64,000 nucleotides of DNA, from assembly GCA_964413265.1 (NCBI GenBank), contig CAYPRX010000119.1, forward strand, positions 15,445 through 79,444, read 5' to 3'. The DNA is from an uncultured Brevinematales bacterium (GTDB taxonomy: Bacteria; Spirochaetota; Brevinematia; Brevinematales; JAOACQ01). Position numbers and translations under genes: made by a program. Shown here one piece after another: positions 7,088 through 17,292 of this stretch (the first letter of the stretch is position 1; each line of letters opens with the position of its first letter). The notes below the pieces were generated by a model. The model saw only the letters and a program-made list of their open reading frames with translations. It did not search any database and had not been told where the DNA came from.

Positions 7088-8965
7088 TTACTTTCTCATG
7101 GCGAGTATTACGCCTTCCTCTATTGATAAAAAGAGGGCCTCAAAGATATTTTCCCTTGACAGCTCCTCGTTGAAGAGCCTTATGAGCCTTGCACCTTTTT
7201 TCTCCTCTGCAAGACCGAAAAAGAAATTATCGGTGAATAAAATACCTCCTTTTATAATTCTTTTTTTCAAAAGGTCGAGATACTCACGATAATTCCTCTT
7301 TTGGGCATCAAGGATAACCAGGTCAAAAACATCTTTGCAATTCTTGAGATATTCCATTGCGTCACAATTAAAGATGGAGACAGAAGGATTGTCCCCGAAG
7401 AGCTTTTTAGCCTTATGAAACCTTTTCATATCCCTTTCAATCGTCGTTATTCTGGCGGCCGGACCAGCTCCTCTGATGATCCACAAAGTGGAATAGCCAC
7501 TCCCTGTCCCGATCTCAAGGATATTGGAAGGTTTGGCTATCATTGTAATAAGATAAAGAAGTCTGGCGGAAATCGGCCTCAATACAGGGATATTCTCATT
7601 CACGGCTTCTTCATACAGCTCTTCCCATTCCGGTATATCCATGAATCCGTTTAGAAAGGATGTGTAATCATCCCTTCCAATCAGGACTTTATCCAGCACC
7701 TTATCAATAATCTGAAAAGATCCTGTATAGACATTCAGTAATCCGTTTTCATGTGCAGCAACCGGTATGCCGCTCGAATATTCTGCACGGTCGAGAATTG
7801 ATATCAAATCGAATAATGGTTTTCCGCCGCTCAACCTCGGTGATGGAAAGTCAAAAACAATGATCCTTTCGAACAAATCAGCATATTCTATAATCTTTCC
7901 GGCAATCAGCCTTATTTCCTTGTCGGATAAAATTCCTATATAAAGCCTTACTCGTTCAGGTCTGAAATAGTCCCTTATTGTCTTAAAGAGGCTTTCCAGA
8001 GAACTGTCGTTATGAGCCACGTCTATCAGATAATCTCCCCGTTTTTCCATTCTGAAAGGTATTCGAATCCTCGCCGCGCTCCTGATCCCTTCTTCCGTGA
8101 AAACTAGACCTGCAGCAGTAAGTCCAAGCAAAGAAAGCAGGAAATTTTCGATAAAAACATCCCCCTGTTCTGATATATAAACATTTTCTAAGCAGTATTC
8201 CGTATCATGAAAGTGCAGGATGAAATTGAAAATTCCTCCCCGCTGATTTCTTTCCATAATTTCATAACTTATGTTTTCCGGGAAGTAATAGAAAGGGGAA
8301 TTTTTTAAAACAACCTCTTCTTTAATTCTTTCAAGAGCCTCACCTGGCAATAATGAAGCTACTGACGGTATCTTTTCTTTTATTATGCCAGCTTTTTCAC
8401 CTGCGATCTCTTTAAGAGTGTTGCCAAGAACGGCTGTATGATCGAAGCTTATCGATGTTATTATCGAGACTTCCGGTAAACAAAAATTTGTTGAATCAAG
8501 CCTACCTCCAAGCCCGGTTTCAAGTACTGCATAATCGCAGGTATTGCAGATAAAATATGTTATTGCCAGGAATGTCAGGATATCGAAATAAGTCGGTTTT
8601 TCAGTTTCCCCATATTTCATTATATAATCAGAGTATTTTTCAATTAGTAGAATGAATTCCCGATCGCTTATCTCTTCACTGTTTATTTTTATCCTCTCGT
8701 TGATTTTAAGAACATGGGGGGAGGTATAAAGGCCGACTTTAATATTTCCGAGAGATTCAAGAAGAGAGCTAGCATAATGTGCAGTACTGCCCTTACCCTT
8801 CGTGCCAGCAATGTGAACTATCTTGAGGCCTTTTGTATCTATACCGGCTCCGGCCAGCATTTTTTTTACCCTATCAGGGACATACCTTCCAGGTTCATAT
8901 TTCCTTGGTGTTTTTTCATGGTTTATGAAGGAATCCAGAAATTCAATGGCAGTATCCATGGTCAT
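7088..8965 (-). CDS. folC: Folylpolyglutamate synthase/dihydrofolate synthase fused to a C-terminal SAM-dependent O-methyltransferase
   Basis: HIAGTKGKGST, YTSPH, LETGLGGRLDSTN, EKAGIIK, IDVAHN; C-terminal ILEIGTGSGYST..FDLVILDAQK..DNFFF. Start placed at ATG 8965 after GGAG. Confidence 0.85.
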   Translation of the reverse strand: MTMDTAIEFLDSFINHEKTPRKYEPGRYVPDRVKKMLAGAGIDTKGLKIVHIAGTKGKGSTAHYASSLLESLGNIKVGLYTSPHVLKINERIKINSEEISDREFILLIEKYSDYIMKYGETEKPTYFDILTFLAITYFICNTCDYAVLETGLGGRLDSTNFCLPEVSIITSISFDHTAVLGNTLKEIAGEKAGIIKEKIPSVASLLPGEALERIKEEVVLKNSPFYYFPENISYEIMERNQRGGIFNFILHFHDTEYCLENVYISEQGDVFIENFLLSLLGLTAAGLVFTEEGIRSAARIRIPFRMEKRGDYLIDVAHNDSSLESLFKTIRDYFRPERVRLYIGILSDKEIRLIAGKIIEYADLFERIIVFDFPSPRLSGGKPLFDLISILDRAEYSSGIPVAAHENGLLNVYTGSFQIIDKVLDKVLIGRDDYTSFLNGFMDIPEWEELYEEAVNENIPVLRPISARLLYLITMIAKPSNILEIGTGSGYSTLWIIRGAGPAARITTIERDMKRFHKAKKLFGDNPSVSIFNCDAMEYLKNCKDVFDLVILDAQKRNYREYLDLLKKRIIKGGILFTDNFFFGLAEEKKGARLIRLFNEELSRENIFEALFLSIEEGVILAMRK

Positions 8966-9001
8966 TTTAATCTCCATTCATTAATTATTAATTGAATAGA
9001 T

Positions 9002-9030
9002 ATAATAAAAGGCTGTAAGGGTTTTATCAA
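9002..9030 (-). promoter_or_regulatory. Sigma70 promoter for the folC fusion
   Basis: TTGATA-N17-TATTAT. Confidence 0.5.
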
Positions 9031-9124
9031 ACGATAGAATCAGTAAATTTGCTTTATTTTTTATGAAAAATATGTTATACTGCAATTGTTTTGGATCGGG
9101 TGCGGCAAGGGGGAGGAGGAAAGT

Positions 9125-9535
9125 ATGAAAAAGGCCATCTTTTTTGGCGTTTTGTTCCTGCCTATTGCTCTATTATTATACTGTAGCATCACAAACGACA
9201 GTTCTAAAATCGAGGGTAATTGGTGGCAAAATAATCTGGCAGGTCCTAATGGGACTTATTCTGCCGATTCGAAGGACAGCTCATCTAACCAGGTTTCTTA
9301 TAACCCTGACAGAACTTACGTTTCAATAAATCCCTTCACTGGTGAACAGCAGACAGGAGTATGGACCTTGGATACAAAGATGCGTATAATAACTGTTTAC
9401 CTGAACCCGGTTGCAGGAAGCAGCAATTCGAACAATCTGATAATTTCTAACAAATATGATATGCCGGATGGCATGACGTTAAAACTTTTCAATCCCAGTA
9501 ATTTTTCCTATTTTACTTTGTTAAAACGTGACTGA
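9125..9535 (+). CDS. Exported hypothetical protein (lipocalin-like beta fold possible)
   Basis: GGAGGAGG RBS, N-terminal hydrophobic signal, IEGNW and GVWTL beta motifs. Confidence 0.6.
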   Translation: MKKAIFFGVLFLPIALLLYCSITNDSSKIEGNWWQNNLAGPNGTYSADSKDSSSNQVSYNPDRTYVSINPFTGEQQTGVWTLDTKMRIITVYLNPVAGSSNSNNLIISNKYDMPDGMTLKLFNPSNFSYFTLLKRD

Positions 9536-9539
9536 TCCC

Positions 9540-11243
9540 TCAGAAACCAAGACGCTTAAATTGTTTTTCTATATCATGCTTTGAAATACTGAAAACAACA
9601 GGTCTTCCATGGGGGCAGGAATAACGGTTTGGTGTAACTTCCCAATCCCCAATGAGCATCAGTGCTTCTTCTTTGGAAAGTGATTCATGAGCTCGGATCG
9701 ATCTTTTGCAGGCCATCTGCTTTATTGCCCTGTCTGCGAAATCGAGAGGTTTCGCACCAGGATTTTCCTCCAGGGTCTCTATGAATCCAGTAAGAGCCTC
9801 AGCCGCATCCCTGAAATCAATGAAAAGCGGAGCACCGCTGATTATAAAACCTGTCCCTCCGAAGTGCTCAACTGAGAAGCCCATTGATTTTAAAAAAGGA
9901 AGATTCTCTATAATGTCGTCAACGATTCCAGCCGGGACCTCAATACTGATGGGGTTATGAAATTCCTGAGTTTCAAGAAATTTTTTTTCATAACCATCCT
10001 TTAATTTTTCATAATTGATTCTCTCATGTGCTGCATGCTGATCGACCATTATCATTGAGTCTTCATTTTCAAAGAGGAGGTATGTCATAAAAACAGTTCC
10101 AATATAACGACATTCGGAAATTTTTATCATATTGTCTTGTTTAAACAGGCTGCCACCTGGTGAGTCTTTATTTATCATGAATGAAGTAATAGCAGTGCCT
10201 ATTCGCTCTTCAAAAGGCGTGAAGGAGACCTTTCCTTCGTCGCTTTCACTAATACCCGTATTGGATTCAACAGATCTTTTTATTGCTTCAACAGCGGCCT
10301 TTGTTATCAGAGCCTCATCCCTGAAGCGAACCTCTTTTTTCATCGGGTGAACATTCACATCGACATATGAAGGGTTGATTGTAAGGAATAGAAAAACTGC
10401 AGGATTGTATCCCTTCGGGATAAGATTACCATAAGAATTATTAATAATGAAATAGAAATTTTTCCACTCAACGGCTCTTCTGTTGACGAAGAGGACCTGG
10501 TACATTCTATTGGGACGCAGGAAAACAGGCTTTGTAACAAAACCCGACATGCTGAAATTTTCACCCATGCCCTCGACCGGGATAAGGTATTCTGTGGTGT
10601 CGGAATAAAAATCTGCTATTCTCTCAAGGCTGGTTGACTTTTTTGGTGAAATAAATTTTCTTTTTCCCTCAGTGATGAATTCAAAGCTTATCTCAGGAAA
10701 AGCTAGTGCTTTTTTCACTATTTCTCTTTCAAGCTGTTTTTGTTCTGCCTGAGCGCCGGATAGAAACTTTTCTCTGGCCGGAAGATTATAAAACAGGTCC
10801 TTAACTATAACGGTTGTTCCAACATTCATACCCGTCTCAGTTACTTTAAGCTTCTCGCCGTTCCTGATCTCAGACCGGAACCCTTCAGGCGATCCTTTCT
10901 GCCTGGAGAGTATAACCATCTGTGAAACTTCAGCTATGCTTGAAAGGGCTTCTCCCCTGAAGCCTAGAGTCTTTAGAATATCAATATCCTTGAAACTCGA
11001 TATTTTACTTGTTGCGTGATTTTTTGTACATATAACAAGATCATCCTTATCCATACCCATGCCGTTATCCTGGACTTCGATGTAGGTTTTACCCCCATTT
11101 GAGATTCCGACAGAAATCCGGTCAGCTCCGGCATCTATCGAATTATCGAGGAGTTCCCTGACAACCGAAGCAGGCCTTTCAATTACTTCACCTGCAGCTA
11201 TTTTTACGATGGTATCATAATCAAGTTCATGGATCAGGCCCAC
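9540..11243 (-). CDS. mutL: DNA mismatch repair endonuclease MutL
   Basis: IAAGEVIERPASVVRELLDNSIDAGA, TLGFRGEAL, DQHAAHER endonuclease motif, CPHGRP. Confidence 0.97.
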   Translation of the reverse strand: MGLIHELDYDTIVKIAAGEVIERPASVVRELLDNSIDAGADRISVGISNGGKTYIEVQDNGMGMDKDDLVICTKNHATSKISSFKDIDILKTLGFRGEALSSIAEVSQMVILSRQKGSPEGFRSEIRNGEKLKVTETGMNVGTTVIVKDLFYNLPAREKFLSGAQAEQKQLEREIVKKALAFPEISFEFITEGKRKFISPKKSTSLERIADFYSDTTEYLIPVEGMGENFSMSGFVTKPVFLRPNRMYQVLFVNRRAVEWKNFYFIINNSYGNLIPKGYNPAVFLFLTINPSYVDVNVHPMKKEVRFRDEALITKAAVEAIKRSVESNTGISESDEGKVSFTPFEERIGTAITSFMINKDSPGGSLFKQDNMIKISECRYIGTVFMTYLLFENEDSMIMVDQHAAHERINYEKLKDGYEKKFLETQEFHNPISIEVPAGIVDDIIENLPFLKSMGFSVEHFGGTGFIISGAPLFIDFRDAAEALTGFIETLEENPGAKPLDFADRAIKQMACKRSIRAHESLSKEEALMLIGDWEVTPNRYSCPHGRPVVFSISKHDIEKQFKRLGF

Positions 11244-12061
11244 AGGTCATTCCTTTTGTTTAGCTTTAGAGAATAGTAGATTCCTGCTGCCCCGATAAGA
11301 ATCATCGGGATGCATAGAACCATTCCCATAGTGAGCCAGCTTCCGGCAAGGTATCCTAGCTGGACATCCGGCTCCCTGAAAAATTCAACGAAAGATCTTA
11401 AAATGCCGTACCCTGCAAAAAAGGATGAAATGATAAGACCTCTGGGTTTATGCTTGAGGCTGGCTAAAAGCAAAAGGATAATGAAAAGAAGGAGACCCTC
11501 AAGTGCCATTTCATATATCTGTGAAGGGTGCCTCGGGAGATTCCCAGGGGCGTTCCGGAACAGCATACCCCATGGAACATTTGTCGGCCTGCCCCACAAT
11601 TCGCCGTTTACAAAATTCCCCCACCGACCCATCATAAGACAGAAGGGGATAGGGATGCAGAAAACATCAAGATAATTCACATAATTCTTTTTTAACACTG
11701 AGATGTAAATCCATTCGGAGATGATCACGCCTATCAATGCTCCATGGAAGGAAAGCCCTCCCTCCCAGATTTTAATAATGTCTACAGGGTTCTGCATATA
11801 ATAACCTAAATTGTAAAACAGAATATAACCGAGCCTTCCACCGATTATTAAACCGAGAAAAGCGTAGAAAATTATATCTGAAAGTTCAGTTTCTGTAACC
11901 TTTATTTTACCCTTTTTTATCAGAATATAAATAAAAAAGTAAGAGAAGAGGAAACCCAATACATACATCAGACTGTACCAGCGTATGGCAAAAGGTCCCC
12001 ATATCTGAAGTATAAGGGGGTTGATATCGGGATGGATTAAAAAAGCCTCTACCGGATTCAT
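11234..12061 (-). CDS. lgt: Prolipoprotein diacylglyceryl transferase
   Basis: IRWYSL, GGRLGY, GGLSFHG, RWGNFVNGELWGR, HPSQIYE, RSFVEFFREPD. Confidence 0.97.
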   Translation of the reverse strand: MNPVEAFLIHPDINPLILQIWGPFAIRWYSLMYVLGFLFSYFFIYILIKKGKIKVTETELSDIIFYAFLGLIIGGRLGYILFYNLGYYMQNPVDIIKIWEGGLSFHGALIGVIISEWIYISVLKKNYVNYLDVFCIPIPFCLMMGRWGNFVNGELWGRPTNVPWGMLFRNAPGNLPRHPSQIYEMALEGLLLFIILLLLASLKHKPRGLIISSFFAGYGILRSFVEFFREPDVQLGYLAGSWLTMGMVLCIPMILIGAAGIYYSLKLNKRNDLWA

Positions 12062-12211
12062 AGCTTTCTCCTAGTATTATTAAATTACTGATCTAATTTT
12101 AATTAATATCCAGTTATAAAGTCAAAATTTGTTGGCTTGTAATTATTCGATATTACCGGTGAATCTTTATTTTTCTTCTCATATATGCTAACATAATATG
12201 CAGGTGGTTTA

Positions 12212-13948
12212 ATGAATAAAGTTATATCTATCATCTTTATATTTGTATGTTTTTCGTTTTCATGCGCACAGAGCTTTATGGATGTTTCAGATGTCAAGCC
12301 AGGAATGAGAGGCTACGGTCTTTCGGTATTCAAAGGCTGGGAACCTGAAAAATTCGGTGTCGAAATAATAGATGTCATCAGAAATACGAATCCAAAAGGT
12401 GATATCATTCTTGCACGTCTATCAGGTCCAGATATTGAAAAGAGCGGCGTCATTGCTGGAATGAGCGGCAGCCCTGTTTATATCGATGACAAGCTTTTAG
12501 GCGCCGTAGCTTACACCTGGACATATACGAAAGAGCCTATCTGCGGTATTACCCCCATAAAACAGATAGTGGCTGAAAAGGACAACTCCGGTGGTTTGAA
12601 CTCTAAAAAGGTATCCTCAGGGCCCTTGAATTTTAAAAAAATCGGGACCCCGGTTCTTTTAAACGGTTTTTCAGCGGATGGTGAAGCAAATGTCAGAAAG
12701 GTTCTGGATGACGGCACAGGTGACAGGTTTCTCGTTATGAATTCAGGAGATTCAATCAAAAGCCCTGAAGGCGCACAGTACAGCAACTTAAAAGCCGGTG
12801 ATTCAGTTGCAGTGAACCTTGTCGACGGTGATTATCATGTCGAGGGGATCGGGACAGTGACATATGTTTCAAACGACGATATTTATATATTTGGACATCC
12901 GATGGACCTTGCAGGAAGAGTATCCATTCCTATATCACGTTCGTATATTTACACTGTTGTGCCTTCAAACTATTTTTCCTTTAAAATCGGCACTTCCACT
13001 GCCCCGATTGGAGCGGTCGTTTATGACGGACAAAACGGGGTTTATTGCCGAAAAGGCGCCGAACTTGGCATGGTACCTGTCAGTGTGGATATCAGTAATA
13101 ACGGGGATGTTCATCATTATGATTTCCGTGTTGCTGACAACCGGTTTTACTTCCCATCACTATGTTCAGGTGCGGTTTCCTCATCGCTTCTAAATCATGC
13201 AGGTTACCTTGATGATAAAACCATAACCCTGAGTTATGCTATTGATATAAATTACAATGAGAAACATTATCTGGCGCAAAATGTCTTTAATTATGCATTC
13301 AATCCTTCTTATTTAAGTATTTACGGATTGATATCTGATCTGAATATTCTTTTTGCCTCATTTTATGATAATAATATCGGGGGAATAAAGCTTTCCAGGA
13401 TTACTATTGGAATTGATATAAGGAAGGGTTTAGATTATTATATAATGGATAATTTGACAGTGGACAGAAGCAGCTATTATCCAGGAGATATTATCCGCTG
13501 CAGCGTGCTCTTAAAGAAATACGGGTCTAAATATGAACAGAGAGATTTTGAGCTGAAGATACCGCAAAATGCAAAGGCCGGGCAGTACTGGCTTCTTGCA
13601 GGAAGCGAGCCTTTTTTCTACAGCGAAGCCGCAAAATTATTCCCGAAATATTATACTATCAACAACATCGAGGATCTGATAAGCGATGCAGGTCAGAAGC
13701 AGGATATAACCCGCCTTGTTGCCGGGATCACTTTTGCACATCAGGGAGTTATGGTCAACGATAAAAAAATGGAGAAGTTCCCGGAGAATTATCAGTTCTT
13801 ATTCGGGTTTAATAAGCCCTGGGACAAGACAAATCCGATGCTTTTTCCAGGCTGGATAAAAGTCGAAATGCCAGTTGAAAAAGCAGTGTTCGGCATATTC
13901 AAAATCAATATCAATGTTGCAGAAAAACAATCAACAAATCCGGAGTAA
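12212..13948 (+). CDS. Exported SpoIVB/peptidase S55 domain protein
   Basis: Signal peptide; DVKPGMRGYGLSVF, GVIAGMSGSPVYIDDKLLGAV, FGHPM. Confidence 0.85.
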   Translation: MNKVISIIFIFVCFSFSCAQSFMDVSDVKPGMRGYGLSVFKGWEPEKFGVEIIDVIRNTNPKGDIILARLSGPDIEKSGVIAGMSGSPVYIDDKLLGAVAYTWTYTKEPICGITPIKQIVAEKDNSGGLNSKKVSSGPLNFKKIGTPVLLNGFSADGEANVRKVLDDGTGDRFLVMNSGDSIKSPEGAQYSNLKAGDSVAVNLVDGDYHVEGIGTVTYVSNDDIYIFGHPMDLAGRVSIPISRSYIYTVVPSNYFSFKIGTSTAPIGAVVYDGQNGVYCRKGAELGMVPVSVDISNNGDVHHYDFRVADNRFYFPSLCSGAVSSSLLNHAGYLDDKTITLSYAIDINYNEKHYLAQNVFNYAFNPSYLSIYGLISDLNILFASFYDNNIGGIKLSRITIGIDIRKGLDYYIMDNLTVDRSSYYPGDIIRCSVLLKKYGSKYEQRDFELKIPQNAKAGQYWLLAGSEPFFYSEAAKLFPKYYTINNIEDLISDAGQKQDITRLVAGITFAHQGVMVNDKKMEKFPENYQFLFGFNKPWDKTNPMLFPGWIKVEMPVEKAVFGIFKININVAEKQSTNPE

Positions 13949-13951
13949 TTT

Positions 13952-14563
13952 ATGCCAGATAAAGAAATTGTTTACAGTGATAAGTTCTGGACAATCCCGA
14001 ATGTACTTACTATAATCCGCATAATCCTCGTTGTTCCGATTGTCGATCAGATGCGAATCAATACACCTGAAGCGAATTTTATTGCATTTATCCTGTTCAT
14101 CATTGCTTACCTGACAGATTTTCTGGATGGTTTCCTGGCCAGGGCAATGAAATCTATGAGCAAGATCGGCCAGATTATTGATCCTATGGGCGATAAGATC
14201 CTGACCATAACTGTTTCAGCTCTTCTCTATTTCAGCCACAAGACAGGAATTTATTTTTTCCTGCTGATCCTGATGAGAGACCTGGTTATATCAATGGGCG
14301 CTATATATGCGTTGAATTCCAGAAAAAAACTTGTCCAGCCATTGCTCAGTGGTAAAATAACAACAATGGTTCTCGGTTTTGTCCTGGCAATGTACCTGTT
14401 GAAAGATTCTCTTGTCCCGATGCTGGTAGATTTCCATCAAACTCTTTGTTTGATTGTGAAGTACGGCACTTATTTAGCATCCCTGATGCTGATCATTTCA
14501 GGCCTGCATTACTCGGTCGATTACTATCGGGGATTTCTTATGCAGAAATCAGCTTCCAAATGA
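13952..14563 (+). CDS. CDP-alcohol phosphatidyltransferase (PgsA-like)
   Basis: TIPNVLT..R, TDFLDGFLAR..G..IDPMGDK. Confidence 0.9.
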   Translation: MPDKEIVYSDKFWTIPNVLTIIRIILVVPIVDQMRINTPEANFIAFILFIIAYLTDFLDGFLARAMKSMSKIGQIIDPMGDKILTITVSALLYFSHKTGIYFFLLILMRDLVISMGAIYALNSRKKLVQPLLSGKITTMVLGFVLAMYLLKDSLVPMLVDFHQTLCLIVKYGTYLASLMLIISGLHYSVDYYRGFLMQKSASK

Positions 14564-14579
14564 TTTTTTAAGGCTTTTT

Positions 14580-15806
14580 ATGAAATTTGTTGTGTTTTTG
14601 ATTGATGGAATGGCCGATTACCCTCTCTCTGAGCTGGGTAATAAAACTCCGCTCGAGGCAGCGAAAACGCCTAATATCGACAAGATGGCGAAAAAAGCCG
14701 TTTTCGGGACATTTTTATCACTTCCAGATAAATTTCCAACTTCTTCCGATGTTGCAAATATGTCCATCCTTGGATGGGATGTCGAGAAATGTTACACTGG
14801 GAGAGGTGCGATAGAGAGCTATGGAATGGGAATACCTCTCGGGCCTGATACTGTGGCATTCAGACTTAACCTGATCACAGTTCAAAATGGAATTCTGATC
14901 GATTACTCGGCCGGCCATATTGAAACCAGCGAATCAGAGGAAATAATCGCCGGTCTGGAAAAAGAATTCGGCTGCGAAAAAATCGAGTTCAGGAGCGGTG
15001 TAAGCTACCGTAATCTTCTGTATCTCAAAGGGAAGGAATTCAGTACTGAGGTTGTTTATGAAAAACCGGATTCTTCATACGGCAAGTCCTGGGAGAATCT
15101 GCTGCCCAGACCCAGGACAAAATCAGGAGAAATAACCTCCAAGGCCCTTGTAGACCTTATCTACACAACCCGGAGTTATCTTGAGAGCCACAGGGTGAAC
15201 ATCAGAAGGATCGGAGAAGGGAAAAATCCTGCAAACATGATATGGCCATGGTCGGGCGGGAAAAAGCCGAACATGCCGTCATTTAAAGAATTATATGGAC
15301 TTGATGGAGGGATTATTTCCGCTGTTGATGTTGTACTCGGCGTGGGAAGACTCGGAAAAATGGAGGCTGTAAGGCCGGAGGGAGCAACGGGGTATATTGA
15401 TACTAATTATGAGAACAAGGCTAAGGCAGCAGTCGATATTCTAAAAAATAATGATTTTGTCTACATCCATGTTGAAGCGGCGGATGAATGTTCTCACCTC
15501 GGAGATCTTGCAAACAAGATAAAGGTCATCGAGGACTGCGACAGGAGGCTTATCGGGACTTTTATTAAAGAATTCGAAAGGAGGATTGGCGGTGATATCC
15601 GGTTCGCAGTTATACCGGACCATCCAGTTCCTATAAGTCTTCGCGATCATACAAGGGATGAAGTTCCATTCATTATATCCGGTACCGGAGTTTCATCAGA
15701 TAAAAATATCCTTAAGTATAGTGAAAGGACCTGTCTTGAGGGTAAATATACCCATCTAAAGGGGAGGGAGTTCATGGACCTTCTGTTTAAGGATAAAGTA
15801 GGTTAG
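14580..15806 (+). CDS. apgM: Cofactor-independent phosphoglycerate mutase (ApgM type)
   Basis: IDGMAD..TPLEAAKTPNID, SDVANMSI, YTGRG, HVEAADECSH, PDHPVP. Confidence 0.88.
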   Translation: MKFVVFLIDGMADYPLSELGNKTPLEAAKTPNIDKMAKKAVFGTFLSLPDKFPTSSDVANMSILGWDVEKCYTGRGAIESYGMGIPLGPDTVAFRLNLITVQNGILIDYSAGHIETSESEEIIAGLEKEFGCEKIEFRSGVSYRNLLYLKGKEFSTEVVYEKPDSSYGKSWENLLPRPRTKSGEITSKALVDLIYTTRSYLESHRVNIRRIGEGKNPANMIWPWSGGKKPNMPSFKELYGLDGGIISAVDVVLGVGRLGKMEAVRPEGATGYIDTNYENKAKAAVDILKNNDFVYIHVEAADECSHLGDLANKIKVIEDCDRRLIGTFIKEFERRIGGDIRFAVIPDHPVPISLRDHTRDEVPFIISGTGVSSDKNILKYSERTCLEGKYTHLKGREFMDLLFKDKVG

Positions 15807-15816
15807 GAGAATATTA

Positions 15817-16608
15817 ATGAGGAATTTACATAAATTTCTTGATTTTGCATTTCTATGCGCTTTGAAGGCAGGTAATATAATTAAAAAGGGGTTTTATGCT
15901 GAAAAGAATATATTTTTTAAGAGTTTCGCGAATCCTGTTACTCAGTTCGATAGAGCATCAGAAGAATTAATAGTGGGGATGATACGGGAAAAATTCCCCA
16001 CGCATTCCATACTCACAGAGGAAAATCTCTCAATGCAGAGAGATTCCTCAATCAAATGGATTATCGATCCTCTGGACGGAACGGTCAATTTCACACACCG
16101 TATTCCATTTGTCAGCGTATCCATCGGGCTCGAAATTGAAAATGAAATCGTTCTTGGGGTTGTTTATAACCCTATGCTTGATGAATGGTTCTGGGCCGCA
16201 AAAAACAGCGGAGCTTTTTTCAACAGAAAGAGGATACATGTTTCGGATGTCAGGGAAGTATCTAAAGCCCTGGTTGTAACCGGCTTTCCCTATGAATCCA
16301 TCGGAAGGGTTGAATTTCTAATGAAGCCTCTGGCACGGATCAGTCATAATTTCACCGGTTTCAGAAGGTTTGGATCGGCCTCCATAGATATGTGTTATGT
16401 AGCCCGAGGAAGTTTCGAGGCCTTCTATGAGGAAAACCTGAAACCATGGGACACAGCCGCGGGCAAGATCATTGTAGCTGAAGCAGGAGGAACTATGTCG
16501 GATTATTCCGGAGAAATCTACAATATCTACAAGAATACAATCATAGCGGACAATGGCCTGATCCATAATTCAATTCTTGACATACTCAAAGATATTCCTG
16601 TTCCTTAG
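15817..16608 (+). CDS. suhB: Inositol monophosphatase family protein
   Basis: WIIDPLDGTVNF, RRFGSAS, WDTAAG. Confidence 0.9.
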   Translation: MRNLHKFLDFAFLCALKAGNIIKKGFYAEKNIFFKSFANPVTQFDRASEELIVGMIREKFPTHSILTEENLSMQRDSSIKWIIDPLDGTVNFTHRIPFVSVSIGLEIENEIVLGVVYNPMLDEWFWAAKNSGAFFNRKRIHVSDVREVSKALVVTGFPYESIGRVEFLMKPLARISHNFTGFRRFGSASIDMCYVARGSFEAFYEENLKPWDTAAGKIIVAEAGGTMSDYSGEIYNIYKNTIIADNGLIHNSILDILKDIPVP

Positions 16609-16620
16609 CATCATTTAAGC

Positions 16621-16649
16621 TTGAAATTATATCAAATTTGATATATTAT
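16621..16649 (+). promoter_or_regulatory. Sigma70 promoter with an 18-bp perfect palindrome over its spacer
   Basis: TTGAAA-N17-TATTAT; TATATCAAATTTGATATA at 16628-16645. Confidence 0.5.
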
Positions 16650-16758
16650 AATTGATTATATTGAATTTTTTTTGCTTATTCTGCCTTGTCGCAATTGATA
16701 ACTTCTTTCAATAATCAGTGGTATGAAATTTGCTTAAATAATATAAAATGGAGCTTAT

Positions 16759-17292
16759 ATGAATGGCATCGGTAATCAATTTGCAGAATCTTTTAAAATC
16801 ATTCTGACCGTGCTGGGAATAATAAGCGCATATCCTGTCGTGTCCAGTGATAATTTTTTTGTTTACAGGAACCTTAAAGATCCTACGATTATTAACGGCC
16901 AATTCCGCTGCGGAAATCTGATAAACAGTTCTCTTCAGGGCATTATTGACAGCGGAATACCGGTCTATATCGTTTATGACTTGAAATCTGACGCCAATAG
17001 AAGGGAAATTTATAAGATGTCCATTATTAAAAATATTCATTATGACGGTACTAATTATTTTTTAAACAGCGCCGGTCCTTATACCTTCAATATTATGACG
17101 AACATTCTCTCGGTTCAGGAATTTGTTTTTCTGACAAACGCTGATCTCTATGCCGGCATTGATATTGAAACTGAGGTTAAAATCCTTATCAGCTGCGATA
17201 TGGCACCTGAGATAGTGAATCTATGGGGCAATAAGCCAAAGGTTGTCCTGAATTATAATTTCGGTTCATCAGAAAAAAAGGAAGGAAAATGA
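16759..17292 (+). CDS. Exported hypothetical protein coupled to the sensor kinase (DUF4390-like position)
   Basis: Hydrophobic N-terminus; ATGA overlap with the kinase. The DUF4390 label is inferred from gene context only. Confidence 0.5.
   Translation: MNGIGNQFAESFKIILTVLGIISAYPVVSSDNFFVYRNLKDPTIINGQFRCGNLINSSLQGIIDSGIPVYIVYDLKSDANRREIYKMSIIKNIHYDGTNYFLNSAGPYTFNIMTNILSVQEFVFLTNADLYAGIDIETEVKILISCDMAPEIVNLWGNKPKVVLNYNFGSSEKKEGK

Noticed and set aside
6901-7090. T-rich tract as a microsatellite or phase-variation site
   Set aside because: Better explained as the reverse strand of the Lys-rich small ORF and the acidic/basic codons nearby.
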